Source: Octopus sinensis (lineage: Eukaryota). Taken from it: DNA of 64,000 nucleotides. A program made the position numbers and the translations under genes. Under the pieces are notes generated by a model. The model made no database searches and was not told the origin of the DNA. It saw only the letters and a program-made list of their open reading frames with translations. The stretch lies in assembly GCF_006345805.1 (NCBI RefSeq), contig NC_043016.1, forward strand, positions 29,326,001 to 29,390,000. The letters are read 5' to 3'. Below, piece after piece: positions 50,621-63,109 of this stretch; positions within the stretch are counted from its first letter, which is position 1, and every line of letters starts with the position of its first letter.

Positions 50621-51217
50621 TGGGTTCAAAAAATTTGTCCAACCCATACAAGTTGGAAAAGGGATGCATATATGTACATATATATATATATATACTAGCT
50701 TAAAACCCGCATGCCGTGTGGACTTTTAAGCAAGCTCCTGTGGAGAGTTAATTGGGCCTGTGGCCCAAAACTAAAGAGAGCTAAACAGCATGACTATAAT
50801 ACACTTGTAATGGTTATATTCCCCAATGGAGTTTGATCAAAGGTTAAGGATGGATGAGAAATAATTCTATAATGCAATCATTCTAGTGTTCCAGTCCCGA
50901 GTTGAATTCCAACTGTTGGCCAAGTTGTCCCAAAGTCTCTTATCTTGATGTAAAATTAATGAAGCAAGTATCATTTATCTCTCCTTTGATCTCTGACATC
51001 ATCTGACAAACACCAACCAAGATGGCATGAATCAGACAAACTTTACTTGCTAGAAATAGCAACCTAAATGCTTTTAAATCAGATTCCTATGCTAGATGTA
51101 CAAGAACCAAATGACCTTCAGTCCCAGGATATCCTGATTCTAATATATCTATGTACAGCAAATGTAGATACACAGGTCCCAAACAGACAGAATTTCCCTT
51201 TTATTATAATAGATGTA

Positions 51218-51267
<50 letters not shown>

Positions 51268-51269
<2 letters not shown>

Positions 51270-51478
51270 GGGTGGGCCAAAAGTCATGCAGAAATTATAG
51301 TTCGACACTTAGAAACATCAGAATTGTCGAAGATATGCTTGTTTTTCTAAAATTGAATAGAATAAATAAAATTGAAATAAATACATATGTTGTTGTATGT
51401 AGCGAACTAAATGAATAATAACATAACAAATAAAATGAAATCTCAAATGTTTTGGTGCATGACTTTTGGTCAGGCATG
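51268..51478. mobile_element. Tc1/mariner-type MITE
   Basis: Left CAGGGTGGGCCAAAAGTCATGCA and right TGCATGACTTTTGGTCAGGCATG (14-bp perfect core). Confidence 0.6.
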
Positions 51479-51560
51479 TGTATAAATGTGTATGTATGTA
51501 TGTGCATATATATATATATAAACACACACACACCACACACTCACACCACACAGACACACA

Positions 51561-51638
<78 letters not shown>

Positions 51639-51747
51639 ATGTGCACACGTTTCCGTGTACCAAATACACTCACAAGGCTTTGGTCAACCCAAAGACACTT
51701 GCCCAAGATTGGTAACCATGTGGTTGGTAAGCAAGCTACTTACTATA

Positions 51748-52055
51748 AACATCGCCCTTATCAAGCCTAGCCAGGCTCATGGTCCAGGTTTCCCGGTTTC
51801 TGTGGCGTATGTATTCCCTCCAGCTGGACAGGGCATCAGTCCATCGCAGCGTTACTCAAAAAACAGGAAGAGAGAGTGAGAGAAAGTTGTGGCAAAAGAG
51901 TACAACAGGGGTTGCCACCACACCCTGCCAGAGCCTCATGGAGCTTTTGAGTGTTTTCACTCAATAAACACACACAACACCCGGTCTGGGAATCGAAACT
52001 GCAATCCTCCAACCGCGAGTTCGCTGCCCTAACCACTAGGCCATTGTGCCTCCAC
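51748..52055 (-). mobile_element. SINE-C nested in a SINE-A head
   Basis: TSD AGCTACTTAC(T/C)ATA at 51734-51747 and 52056-52069. Confidence 0.85.
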
Positions 52056-52549
52056 AGCTACTTACCATACAGCCACTTTATCAATACCTATTGCCTGCCC
52101 TGAAAGGTATGTGGAAATGGAATAGAAACACCACAGTGTTAGCGACTTTATAAGAATGTGAAACAACAAAAGGGAACTTGTTATATATGCAAAAGAGACA
52201 TCAGAAAATGGTGGATGAACAGATTCCATATTCTTTAGTTCCACACAAGACAACAATACACGGCTCATACATAAAGTATACAATATTTATTTCATTAAGC
52301 AGCAAAGGTCCATGTGGAATTGATATCCTGATAATAGTCTGACAACTGAGAAATGATGTTTTAAATGTTTTTGTTTTTTTTTAATTTTCAATTTCACATC
52401 CTGAATGGATCGATTTTGTGTCTGTCTGTCTGGATGGATGGATGGATAGTGGTAGTGATGGTGGTGAGAATGAAAAGCAGAGCAATGATAGGCTGGTGAC
52501 AATGATGCTTCATCATCATCATTGTCATCATCATCATCTTCATCATCAC

Positions 52550-52599
<50 letters not shown>

Positions 52600-52639
52600 C
52601 CACCACCACCACCACCATCATCATCATCAGAAAGCAGGG

Positions 52640-53493
52640 GTTAAGTGACCCATCTGTTCGTGTCCGCTGTCAGCCTCGTCTGGCACCCGTGCCGGTGATA
52701 CGTAAAAGCACCATTCGCTCATGGCCGTTTGCCAGCTCTGCCTGGCCCTGTGTCGGTGGCACGTAAAAGCACCATCTGTTCGTGTTCGTTGCCAGCCTCG
52801 CCTGGCCCCGTGCCGGTGACACGTAAAAGCACCGTCCATTCGTGGCCGTTGGCCAGCTCTGCCTGGCCCCGTGTCGGTGGCACGTAAAAGCACCATCCGT
52901 TCGTGGCCGTTTGCCAGCTCTGTCTGGCCCCGTGTCGGTGGCACGTAAAAGCACCATCCGTCCGTGTCCGTTGCCAGCCTCGTCTGGCCCCCGTGCCGGT
53001 GACACGTTAAAAGCACCGTCCGCTCGTGGCCGTTTGCCAGCTCTGTCTGGCAACCGTGTCGGTGGCACGTAAAAGCACCATCTGTTCGCGTCCGTTGCCA
53101 GCCTCGGCTGGCCCCCGTGCCGGTGACACGTAAAAGCACCGTCCGTTCGTGGCGGTTGCCAGCTCTGTCTGGCCCGTCGTCGGTGGTGGCCGTAAAAGCA
53201 CCATCCGTTCGTGTCCGTTGCCAGCATCGCCTGGCCCCGTGCCGGTGACACGTAAGAGCACCATCCGTTCGTGGCCGTTCGCCAGCTCTGTCTGGCACCT
53301 GTGCAGGTGGCACGTAAAAAACACCCACTACACTCGCGGGAGTGGTTGGCGTTAGGAAGGGCATCCAGCCGTAGAAACACTGCCAGATCTGACTGGGCCT
53401 GACGAAGCCTTCCAGCTTCACAGACCCCAGTTGACCCGTCCAACCCATGCTAGCATGGAAAACGGACGCTAAACGATGATGATGATGATGATG
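52640..53493 (+). mobile_element. RTE 3' UTR copy with 11 x ~61-bp VNTR units
   Basis: Units from 52653 to 53325, then the common UTR end and (GAT)n tail. Confidence 0.9.
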
Positions 53494-53724
53494 AGATATA
53501 TGTATGTGTGTGTGTATGTATATATATATATATCTTTTACTTTTACTTGTTTCAGTTATTAGACTGTGGCCATGCTGGGGCGCTGTCTTGAATTTTTAGT
53601 TTAATAATGAGAAAGTTATTTACTAAATATTTCATTATTTAAAAAAATTGATTAAAACAAATGTAGAATATGTTCGTTATTTACACTATTTACATTCAAC
53701 GGATATTTGTCCTCATCTAGTTTG

Positions 53725-53775
53725 TTGTTAACATGTTTCGGCTGATATACCCTCCAGCCTTCATCAGGCGTCTTG
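53725..53775 (-). ncRNA. Minimal hammerhead-ribozyme-like motif
   Basis: Minus strand GACGC-CTGATGA-A-GGCTG(GAGGGTATAT)CAGCC-GAAAC-AT-GTT. Intact core and perfect 5-bp stem II; stem I pairing is not evident. Confidence 0.65.
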
Positions 53776-54439
53776 GGGAAATTTCAAACCTGGGTTCTCA
53801 TTCCTAAGGTATTTTTTTGATGATGTTATTATTATTGTTGTTGTTGTTGTTGTTGTTGTTCAGGTCACCACTATGCCATATCCCCATGGGCATATGGCAT
53901 AGTGGTTAAGAGCATATGCTACTAACCCCAAAATGTTTACTTATTTATTGACAGCAAGCAGAGTATACATAAATTAGTGTTGAGTCCCTAAACCTCTGAG
54001 GACCCAGGACAATTGCCCAATGTGCCCATGCCCAATGATGCCCCTGGTCACTTGAGAAGGTGAGAAAGGGGAAGGAACTGGGTGTTCCCCACTTTCATTT
54101 TCAAATAATTCCTGTTGTTTCCTTACAATGGGAATTACGATTGTGGAAAAAAAAATTTTTCTTCAAAGAATTCCAATTTTGTTTTACATTTTTACCTGGT
54201 AGAGAGTTTGGTTACCCTGCAGTAACCAAATTAGATGTTCTCTTCCTTAAACATAACCTGCCTTCAACTACGATAAACACGCATATTTTGGCCACTCTGT
54301 GTAATCTGCACCCAACCTTACACCCAACACAACGCCACTATTTTTAACCCCTTCCCAATTCCCTTGCTTCTCCCCCCCCTTTTCCCATGAAGAGGTGAAA
54401 GCTATTTTAGAATCTCATCCTGCAAAGAATTCTAGCCTA

Positions 54440-54780
54440 AGTTCAAACAATTCTCCCATTCCACCTAGTATTTTTTGTAAAGTACCCATTTTACTTTTAT
54501 TTTGGCCGTGCTCCTGCCCCGTCCTCGAAGACAAAGCCATTTCGCCAAGTATCTCGGTCCATCATCGCCACCTTCAGTTCAAATCTAGCGTCATCCTTCA
54601 GGTTGTCAATGAAAGTCAGAAAGACGTCCCCACGCTTGCCCGGTAACCATACTGCGGATCCCAGATGCATCTTCTTCGTTGTTCCAGCATGCAATTACCT
54701 GATAATATGCGGAGACGTCATTCCCTGATCTTGTTGGTCGCTTTTGAAATCACTGTTCTGGTGCTTTATTTTATTGACCG
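54440..54780 (-). pseudogene. LINE RT C-terminal fragment (RTE/RTEX-like)
   Basis: WDPQYGYR.. and LTFIDNLKDDARFELKVAMMDRDTWR across a frameshift. Confidence 0.5.
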
Positions 54781-55506
54781 CAAAAGAATGAAAGACAGAG
54801 CTGACTTCGATAGGATCTAAACTCAAAAAACAACAGAACATCAGAAAAAACACGGCCGAGCATTTTGCCCGAATCTTTTGTAATTTTGTTAATTTGACAG
54901 CTTTGGGTCACTCGAGTTAAAAACAATAATATCCAGAGATAAATAAATATAGAAGACATGGGAATGGGAGAGTAACTTTATCGATATATAAAACTGTGTA
55001 ATTTAATCTTTATCCCAGACTGAAATATTTCCCCACTATCGTCAAATTCCTTATGGCTAGGAAAAATAAAAATGAGATCGGACACTATTGATTTGCCTAC
55101 TTCCTCTCAGAACAGTAACTTGACTACAAAGAGAGAGAGACAGAGACAGATAGACATAAACAGAGTGTGTGTGTATCTGCGTGTGTGCTTAAATCAATTG
55201 TAGCTGGGTTTTTTGCTGCTTTTAATGGAATAAGGGAAGTAACTCGGTAAATTAAATATTAATGTTGATACATGTGCATTTCTCTGATTTTACAAAATAA
55301 AACATTTTTAATGATTTTTTTTTCTTGCGCGCGTGTGTTTGTAAATATTTCTGTTATTCTACAGTTTTTTTTTGTAATTTATGAAACGGTAATTATTCTT
55401 AAAATATTTTTGTTTGAATTTTAATTTAGTCATTTTATTTCCAAACATAATAATAGAAAACTACACAGCAGAATGAAATATCAGGGTAAGTGGTATATAG
55501 TTAAAG

Positions 55507-55652
55507 GCCGAGGTCGACTTTGCCTTTCATCCTTTCGGGGTCGATAAATTAAGTACCAGTTACGCACTGGGGTCGATGTAATCGACTTAATACCTATGTC
55601 TGTCCTTGTTTGTCCCCTCTGTGTTTAGCCCCTTGTGGGTAATAAAGAAATA
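55507..55652 (+). mobile_element. 5'-truncated young SINE-B (T-type) with 15-bp TSD
   Basis: TSD GGT(A/G)TATAGTTAAAG at 55492-55506 and 55653-55667. Confidence 0.88.
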
Positions 55653-55994
55653 GGTGTATAGTTAAAGTAGTAGTGGTAATAGTAGTCGTAGTAGTAGTTT
55701 CTATTGTGTATATTAAACTTCCAGAAAGGGAATAGTCGATTACAACAGACCCTATTACGTAACTGATATTTATTTTATCGGGCCCTCCTACGCTTTTCTC
55801 AGAAATTACAAAATACGGTTGACCCGAGTAAGATTTGGACTTGGAATATAAAGGGAAATAATTCAGTATATCGAGATATTTCATTTCAATTTTCTCTTGT
55901 GTAAATGATAAAGAGTGTTGTTTGATAATTTAGATAGCAATACCAAATGGTTATATTGAGACATAGACGGGAGCTGAGAAATTAAGAATATACA

Positions 55995-57724
55995 CAGACT
56001 CAACTGTTGAACTAATAAACCCTCACACGAACCAGATCACTGACGACCCCAAGGAATGCGCAGAACTCATTGCCGAGTGCTATGCAAACATATTCACTGT
56101 CGAAAGTCAAAATGTACCATCTTCACCATCACTAACAGCAAACTCCATAACAACTATGGAATTTACACCTGCAATGCTGCAACGTCACCTTCAAAATAAG
56201 CGCAACTATGCCTCCCCTGGTCTCGATGGAGTTACATACCTGCTTCTCAAACGTGGCAGGCACTTCCTTTTACACCAGCTTTCTATTTTCTTCCAGTACT
56301 GTCTCAACAATGGTGCTACTCCGGAGCAGTGGAAAACTGCCAGTGTCATTCCTCTGTTCAAAAAGGGTGACCGCACATCACCTGTCAACTATCGCCCAGT
56401 CAGTCTCACTAGCTGTATTGCAAAACTGATGGAATCGTGTGTCAGAGAAACACTCTGGAACTTCTGGAGCTCTCACAGTCTCATCCGACCCTCACAATAT
56501 GGATTTGTCCCTAACTCCAGCTGCAGTGACCAGCTTGTCGAGTTCCTTGAGGACATTACTCAGATCACTGACAGTGGCTCATGGGTGGATGTTGTCTACC
56601 TTGACTTTGCTAAGGCTTTCAACTCTGTGCCACACAAAAGGCTTATGGTGAAACTCTCTGCAATGGGTGTGGGGGATGACCTTTTTAACTGGTTGAAATC
56701 CTTCATCCTCAGCCGAAAGGAGGTAGTCACAGTTCTAGGACAGCACTCTACACCATATGAGATGTCATCGGGTGTACCACAGGGATCTGTCCTTGGTCCC
56801 CTCCTGTTTGTGGCATACATTAATGACATAGATGCCAATTTAAAGAATGCCACAGTATTGAAATATGCAGACGACATCAAGCTGTACCTTGAAATCAAGA
56901 GGACTGATCCTGATGTCTACAACTCTTTCCTGCAATCAGACCTAGACACAATGCAGCAATGGATCACAGACTGGCAACTGAAACTGGCTGTGGACAAGTG
57001 TACCACCATGAATTTTGGGAGAAAAAAACCCTGCGTCCACATACTCCCTCCACAACACTGATATCAAGAAATCCTCTTGCAAGCGTGACCTAGGCATCAC
57101 TGTCAGCAGTGATTTGCGTTGGACAAAGCATATCTCTAAAATTGTCAAGAAGGCCGAGGGTGTCTTGGCATCACTCAGCAAGACTTTTGTTAGCCGCTCT
57201 CCAGCCATCTATTTAAAACTGTATATGCTATGGTACGACCACACTTGGAATTCGCATCATCAGTTTGGAATCCCTATCTTGCTCAGAACATTGACCTCCT
57301 GGAATCTGTCCAGAGACGTGCAACCAAACGCATACCCTCCATCAGACACCTACCATATTCTGAGCGCCTTGTTTCCCTGGGCATGGATTCACTGAAGCTC
57401 CGGCGTCTGGCGACGGACTTGGTAAACACCCACAAGGTTATCAACCACCTCACCAACAACAACACTGAACACCTTTTTGATCTCCATGTGTCTAACACAC
57501 GTGGACATGCCTACAAAGTCAGAAAACAGCACAGCTCCATGACTTTCGGAAACATTTTTTCACGCTCAGGGTTGCTGAAGCGTGGAATAAACTGCCTGCA
57601 TCAGTTGTTGACTGCCATGACACTGCATCCTTTAAGGCCCTCATGCTTCCCGAAATCCGTCGAAACTACACCTGATTATATATACACTTTAGATGAGTTG
57701 TAGTGCACCTGAGCACTGTACACA

Positions 57725-57757
<33 letters not shown>

Positions 57758-57760
57758 AAC
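55995..57760 (+). mobile_element. 5'-truncated CR1/L2-type LINE with reverse transcriptase, 3' stem-loop and (TTA)n tail
   Basis: SPGLDG, VIPLFKKG..NYRPVSLTS, QYGF, YLDFAKAFNSVPH, GVPQGSVLGPLLF, YADD, RPHLEFASSVWNP. Three single-base indels (~57020, ~57225, ~57538); I saw no in-frame stops. Confidence 0.93.
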
Positions 57761-58199
57761 GTAATAACAGTAAAGGAATTCGTCTATTATTCCATCTGTA
57801 CAACAGGTTGACTAACAAATTGTTATATTTTGATTGTCTTATTCCATTGAGCTGTGGCGGCAATAACCCTCACCTATATTTCGGCATGAAAGATGTGTGA
57901 TGGAGTAAGTGTCCCATTATGAGCCATTCTGACTTGAGCCCATGTACAAAAAAAAAAATGAGTTCATGTTTCTAAATGTTTTATGTATCAGTTCTTCATC
58001 ATCTTCTGGATATTCCCACTGGTTCCAGGATCAAACTAACTTTTACGCTAGTTAGGGTTTATTTAATAATTAGTTTATCTCATTACAATATGCAGAGTAA
58101 CCCGTATTCAGCTGATATGACCATCCATGAAAACCACTGGAATAGAGAACCTCCATCCTTTAAAACCTCCATGCTTCCTTAAATTTACCAACACTACAC

Positions 58200-58575
58200 C
58201 TGATGTGTCCCCCCCCCCGCCTCCATACGCATGCACACATGTATATCATGACTCATACACTGTTCACTTTCCTAACTTTTGTACATAATTCTTCTTTCTT
58301 TATTGCCCACAAGGGGCTAAACATAGAGGGGGAGAAACAAGGACTTTAAGTCGATTACATTGACCCCCAGTGCATAACTGGTACTTAATTTATCGACCCC
58401 AAACAGATGAAAGGCAAAGTCGACCTTGGCGGAATTTGAACTCAGAAATACCGCTAAGCATTCCGCCCAGCGTGCTAACGTTTCTGCCAGCTCACCGCTT
58501 TTGTACATAATTCTATGTACCGTACATGCACCTTTGATGAGTTGTAGTGCACCTGAGCACTATACACAAAAAATT
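58200..58575 (+). mobile_element. CR1/L2 3' UTR fragment split by a young SINE-B (58293-58498, minus)
   Basis: TSD TTTTGTACATAATTCT at 58277-58292 and 58499-58514; LINE tail GTGCACCTGAGCAC at ~58546. Confidence 0.8.
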
Positions 58576-58904
58576 TATTACTATCATTATTATTAATAAT
58601 TCTGAGAGTGACGGCGTGGTGGTGGTGGGGGGGGTAGAGTTCATTCTGGCTAAGTAAGTCATCAATATCTGCCCCAGGTAAGGTGTTGATCTGATCTCCA
58701 GAAAGTAGGTGGCACTTTTAGTACTGTTCACTAGAAAGAGTAAGAAATGTGTTTTGACTGTGAATTGTCCTAATGATTCTGAGTTAATTTACCTTCCTTT
58801 ATAACTAACAATCCACCATTGTTGAAGAGCCTTCATTCATCTCAAACTCTGAGCTATTTTTTAAAAAAAGAAAGAAAGAAAGGAAGCAAAAAACATTTAT
58901 ATTA

Positions 58905-59138
58905 TAAGGCGGCGAGCTGGCAGAAACGTTAGCATACCAGGCGAAATGCTTAGTGGTATTTCATCTGCCGCTACATTCTGAGTTCAAATTCTGCTGAGGT
59001 CGACTTTGCCTTTCATCCTTTCAGGGTCGATTAAATAAGTACCAGTTACACACTAGTGTTGATATAATCGACTTAATCTGTTTGTCTGTCCTTGTTTGTC
59101 CCCTGTCTGTGTAGCCCCGTGTGGGCAGTAAAGAAATA
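58905..59138 (+). mobile_element. Young SINE-B (C-type) with TSD
   Basis: TSD A(A/G)AAACATTTATATTA at 58889-58904 and 59139-59154. Confidence 0.88.
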
Positions 59139-59459
59139 AGAAACATTTATATTAGCTGAGATCCTCCCTCATAGATTCATTTTAGCAATGCAGTCTGGAC
59201 AAAGGATTCTAAGCTAAGTTTAATATTGTCCAAACTTATGATTCTCTCATAAATTAGTTTGTCAATGAGTTGCAGAGGTGGCAAAAATCTAATCGAGGAT
59301 TAGATTTTGGTCATCTTCACAACTTAAATTGTGATGGAAGTTATTGCATGTATGCTGGATGGAACAATAAAACACTATAAAGCTGGAATTTGTTGGTAAA
59401 TTACATTTTTAACTTTTTGGTATTTGAAACTTAGTAATTGGTGCCTGAATGATTTGGGT

Positions 59460-59900
59460 TATATTTTACTTGTTTCAATCATCAGACCATGGCCATTCTG
59501 GTGGGGAACTGCCATGGAGAATTTTAGTTAAAGCAGTCTTATTTCTAAATATTTTTTTCTTTTCATTTTTTTAAACCTGGTACAAATTCTAGTGGTCTCT
59601 TTTGCCAAATTGCTGTGTTACAGGGACATAAACATACCAACACTGGTTGTCAAGTGGTGATGGGGAACAAACACAGACACAAAGGCACACACACACACAT
59701 CTATACAGACACGTGTGTGTGTGTGTGTGTGTGTGTATTTACAATGGGCTTCTTTCAGTTTTTGTCTACCAAATCCACTTACAAGGCTTTGGTTGGCCTA
59801 GAGTTATAGTAGAAAACACTTGTCCAAGGTGCCACTTGGTAGGACTGAACTTGGAACCATGTGGTTGGGAAGCAAGCTTCTTACCCAGACAGCCATACCT
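59460..59900 (-). mobile_element. Diverged SINE-A
   Basis: Reverse complement of the SINE-A body with (CA)/(TG) centre. Confidence 0.7.
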
Positions 59901-59940
59901 GTACCACAATTTTTTTCTAGACTGTAATGTTGGAATCAGT

Positions 59941-60243
59941 GGAGGCACATGGCCTAGTGGTTAGAGCAGCGGACTCGCAGTTGAGGGATCGCGGGTTCGA
60001 ATCTCAGACCGGGCGATGTGTGTGTTTATGAGCGAAACACCTAAGCTCCACATGGCTCCAGCAGAAGGTAATGGCAAACTTCCACTGACTCTTTCGCCAC
60101 AACTTTCTCTCACTCTTTCCTCCTGCATCTTGCGGCTCACCTGCAACAGACCGGTGTCCCGTCCAGGTGGGGAATCTATACACCAAGTAAACCAGGAAAC
60201 TGGCCCTTATGAACCAGGCATGGCTTGAGAAGGAACAAACAAC
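59941..60243 (+). mobile_element. SINE-C with 12-bp TSD
   Basis: tRNA-like head GGAGGCACATGGCCTAGTGGTTAGAGC..GGGTTCGAATCTC; TSD AATGTTGGAATC at 59926-59937 and 60244-60255. Confidence 0.88.
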
Positions 60244-60305
60244 AATGTTGGAATCTCCCTTTATGTAGAACTGAGAAAGGGAGTATAAACGACTTTGCTA
60301 TGATT

Positions 60306-60686
60306 TCTCTTTTACTTGTTTCAGTCATTTGACTGCAGCCACACGCCTTTAGTCGAGCAAATCAACCCCAGGACTTATTCTTTGTAAGCCTAGTACTTAT
60401 TCTCTCAGTCTCTTATGTCAAACAGCTAAGTTACAGGGACGTAAACACACCAGCATCAGTTGTCAAATGATGTTGGGGGGGACAAACACAGACACACAAA
60501 CATACACACACACATATATATATACATATATACGACAGGCTTCTTTCAGTTTCCATCTACCAAATCCACTCACAAGGCTTTAGTCGGCTCAAGGCTATAG
60601 TAGAAGACACTTACCCAAGTGGGATTGAACCCGGAACCATGTGGTTGGTATGCAAGCTACTTACCACACAGCCACTCTTATGCCTA
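60306..60686 (-). mobile_element. SINE-A, full-length
   Basis: Reverse complement of the SINE-A consensus. Confidence 0.88.
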
Positions 60687-60774
60687 TAAACACAGTCACT
60701 TCATTATTTATTTAATGAATTTTTCTTTGACACCTTTTTCTTTTATGATGTCTTACTGTTTACTCTTGTAAATT

Positions 60775-60805
<31 letters not shown>

Positions 60806-61165
60806 AATTATTGTATACAGTGCTCAGGTGCATCACAACATGTTCTTTCTTAGTAAATATAAAGTATTATCAATGCAACTAAAATGATACACAACTACTT
60901 CTGTACAAAAAAAAATTAATAGATTACCCATGAAGATGGCCAGTGGCACATCTCAGTACTGGAGTCAGTATACATTATTAAGACATTCTCTCACATTGAT
61001 TCAAAGACTTAAATATTTTTATGCTTTGTTTTCCAAGATGCACATAATTCCTGTAAGTGAAAAGTAACTTTTAATGTATTTTTCAAAGTATGAACAATAA
61101 AAATTGCTGTTGTTGTTTCTACTGCTGCTGCTGCTGCTGCTGCTGTTGTTGTTGTTGTTGTTGTT

Positions 61166-61352
61166 TAGCAACAAGACGGGTAAGGGTGGTTAGGTGGTGG
61201 TCTAGGGCTTAGAGGCGGGAAACCCCAGACCTTGGAAAAAAAAACTTTGGTCGTCTTGTTGTAATCGAAGGCTCTTCATTGACGCCCGACACCACTGGGA
61301 GGTGGCCCTCGAAATCGCTGGAAATGGAGATCTTCAGGTCCAAATTCTTGAA
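61166..61352 (-). mobile_element. ~190-bp repeat embedded in (CTG/TTG)n (copy 2)
   Basis: Homologous to 44291-44480. Confidence 0.8.
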
Positions 61353-61607
61353 CAGCTGCTGTTGTTGTTGTTGTTGTTTGCTTTTGTTTTAATTTATACA
61401 AACTACACCCATGTCTCAACAGAAAATATCAAAAACCAAGTTTCTGCATCAAAAATCCAAACAGGTGAGATGCCATACAATTGTAAAAACTGATGCCTGT
61501 GTGTTATAAAAAAATTTCTTTATTATAAAATTTATCATAAAACTGAATGAATAAGATTCAAGAAAATGAATGAATAGGATTTATCATTATTATTATTATT
61601 ATTATTG

Positions 61608-62045
61608 AGTGAGAGAGCAGTGCATGCCATCAAAGTGACACTGGGGTAAAATATACGAAGCCAAGTATACCTATCATGACTACCTGTCTGATAAGGGTAC
61701 ACTAGGCACATGCATCACAACCATATGTGCGTGACATGGTGATTCATATCAAGAGAAACAGCACATGACCTTGCAGGTGGGACCCAGTTAGAATTTTCTT
61801 CACGTCAAGTAACCCATCCTGCTCAAAAGGTCCCTGAATAAGGGTTGTTTAAGGATGTTCAACGAAACACCCATGTTTCCTAAGGTGAATTATTCAAACC
61901 CCAAAGAATCACTCTCAACACATAGCTATGATGCTCCCCCACTACTTCTGCTCGTGATCAGAGATGCATATATCGTCAGCCACATGCTCAACTGGTTAAG
62001 GTCAAACAACTGACAAGCAAATCTGTGGTATTGAGCAGAATATTT
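61608..62045 (-). mobile_element. (AAT)n-tailed retroposon-like repeat (copy 2)
   Basis: Homologous to 32290-32800. Confidence 0.75.
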
Positions 62046-62403
62046 GCAATTTTTCTCTGGTTGGTGGATAAGACTATATGGTAGGGGACAGAGACATTCT
62101 TCATTGGTAGAGCTTTTGTTGACTTTTTCAAGTTTTACTTGAAGTAGAACATGAGGGTGGAGAGGAAGGTACTGTCCTTAAGTGAATACATCAAAAGATT
62201 AGTGAGAGTGGTGAAAATGGCTGGAGCAGATGATAGCACATTAAATATAAGCCTGTAAGTGGGAGAACAAGAAGTAGAGGGTGTACTTGTCTTTGGTGGT
62301 CAAGTAGCTCTTAAAAGACAGGGTTCCTCAGTTGGATGACAATGGTTAAGTAAGGAGCAAGAATAACAGGTTTCCAAGGATGGTTGGAATTATAGCCACA
62401 TTA

Positions 62404-63109
62404 TTAACCTTTTAGCATTCAGATTAATCTGTCAAATGTAATGCTTATTTATCCACTTTGATTTTAATTAATCGTCTCATAGCTTTGAGATTTTGATGAT
62501 GGGATTGTTTATTTTTAGAATGACATTGTAAGTTAGGTATGAAGAGCTTGATCAGGTCAGTTTGAATATAAAACAGATAGAATATTTGGGCCAGAGGTGA
62601 TCAGTTTAAATGCTAAAGGAATATACATATGTATATTTATATCCCTTTAGCAATCAGATTATTCTGTCTAATGTAATGCATATTTATTGACTTTGTTTTG
62701 AATTAATCATGGATTGTCTCAAAGCTTCAAGATTCTAGTAGTGTGTTTGTTTATTTTTAGAATGACATTGTAAGTTAGGTATGAAGAGCTTGATCAGGTC
62801 AGTTTGAATATAAAACAGATAGAATATTTGGGCCAGAGGTGATCAGTTTAAATGCTAAAGGAATATACATATGTATATTTATATCCCTTTAGCAATCAGA
62901 TTATTCTGTCTAATGTAATGCATATTTATTGACTTTGTTTTGAATTAATCATGGATTGTCTCAAAGCTTCAAGATTCTAGTAGTGTGTTTGTTTATTTTT
63001 AGAATGACATTGTTTGGTTGGTGTGAGAAGCCAGATCTGGCCAGTTTGAACATAGAAAAGGTAGAAATATTTGGATCAGATATGGCTGGTTTAAATGCTG
63101 AGGAGTTAA
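62404..63109. repeat. Three tandem piggyBac-like MITEs including an exact 242-bp duplication
   Basis: AATGACATTG starts at 62519, 62761 and 63003 (period 242); the two intervening units read as identical. Confidence 0.9.

Noticed and set aside
50695-50725. Helitron 3' end (CTAG plus weak hairpin)
   Set aside because: The hairpin is imperfect and no matching 5' TC end was found.
52653-53325. CRISPR-like or gene-like tandem array, including 273-aa and 257-aa antisense ORFs
   Set aside because: Units are contiguous with no unique spacers and no cas genes. They are the VNTR of an RTE 3' UTR, and the ORFs are stop-free repeat translations.
58820-58856. TTGTTGAAGAG...CTCAAACTCTGAG hammerhead-like remnant
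   Set aside because: Too many core mismatches to distinguish from chance.
59941-60020. tRNA gene
   Set aside because: It has A/B boxes but continues into a SINE body and tail with a TSD. The same applies to the other tRNA-like heads.
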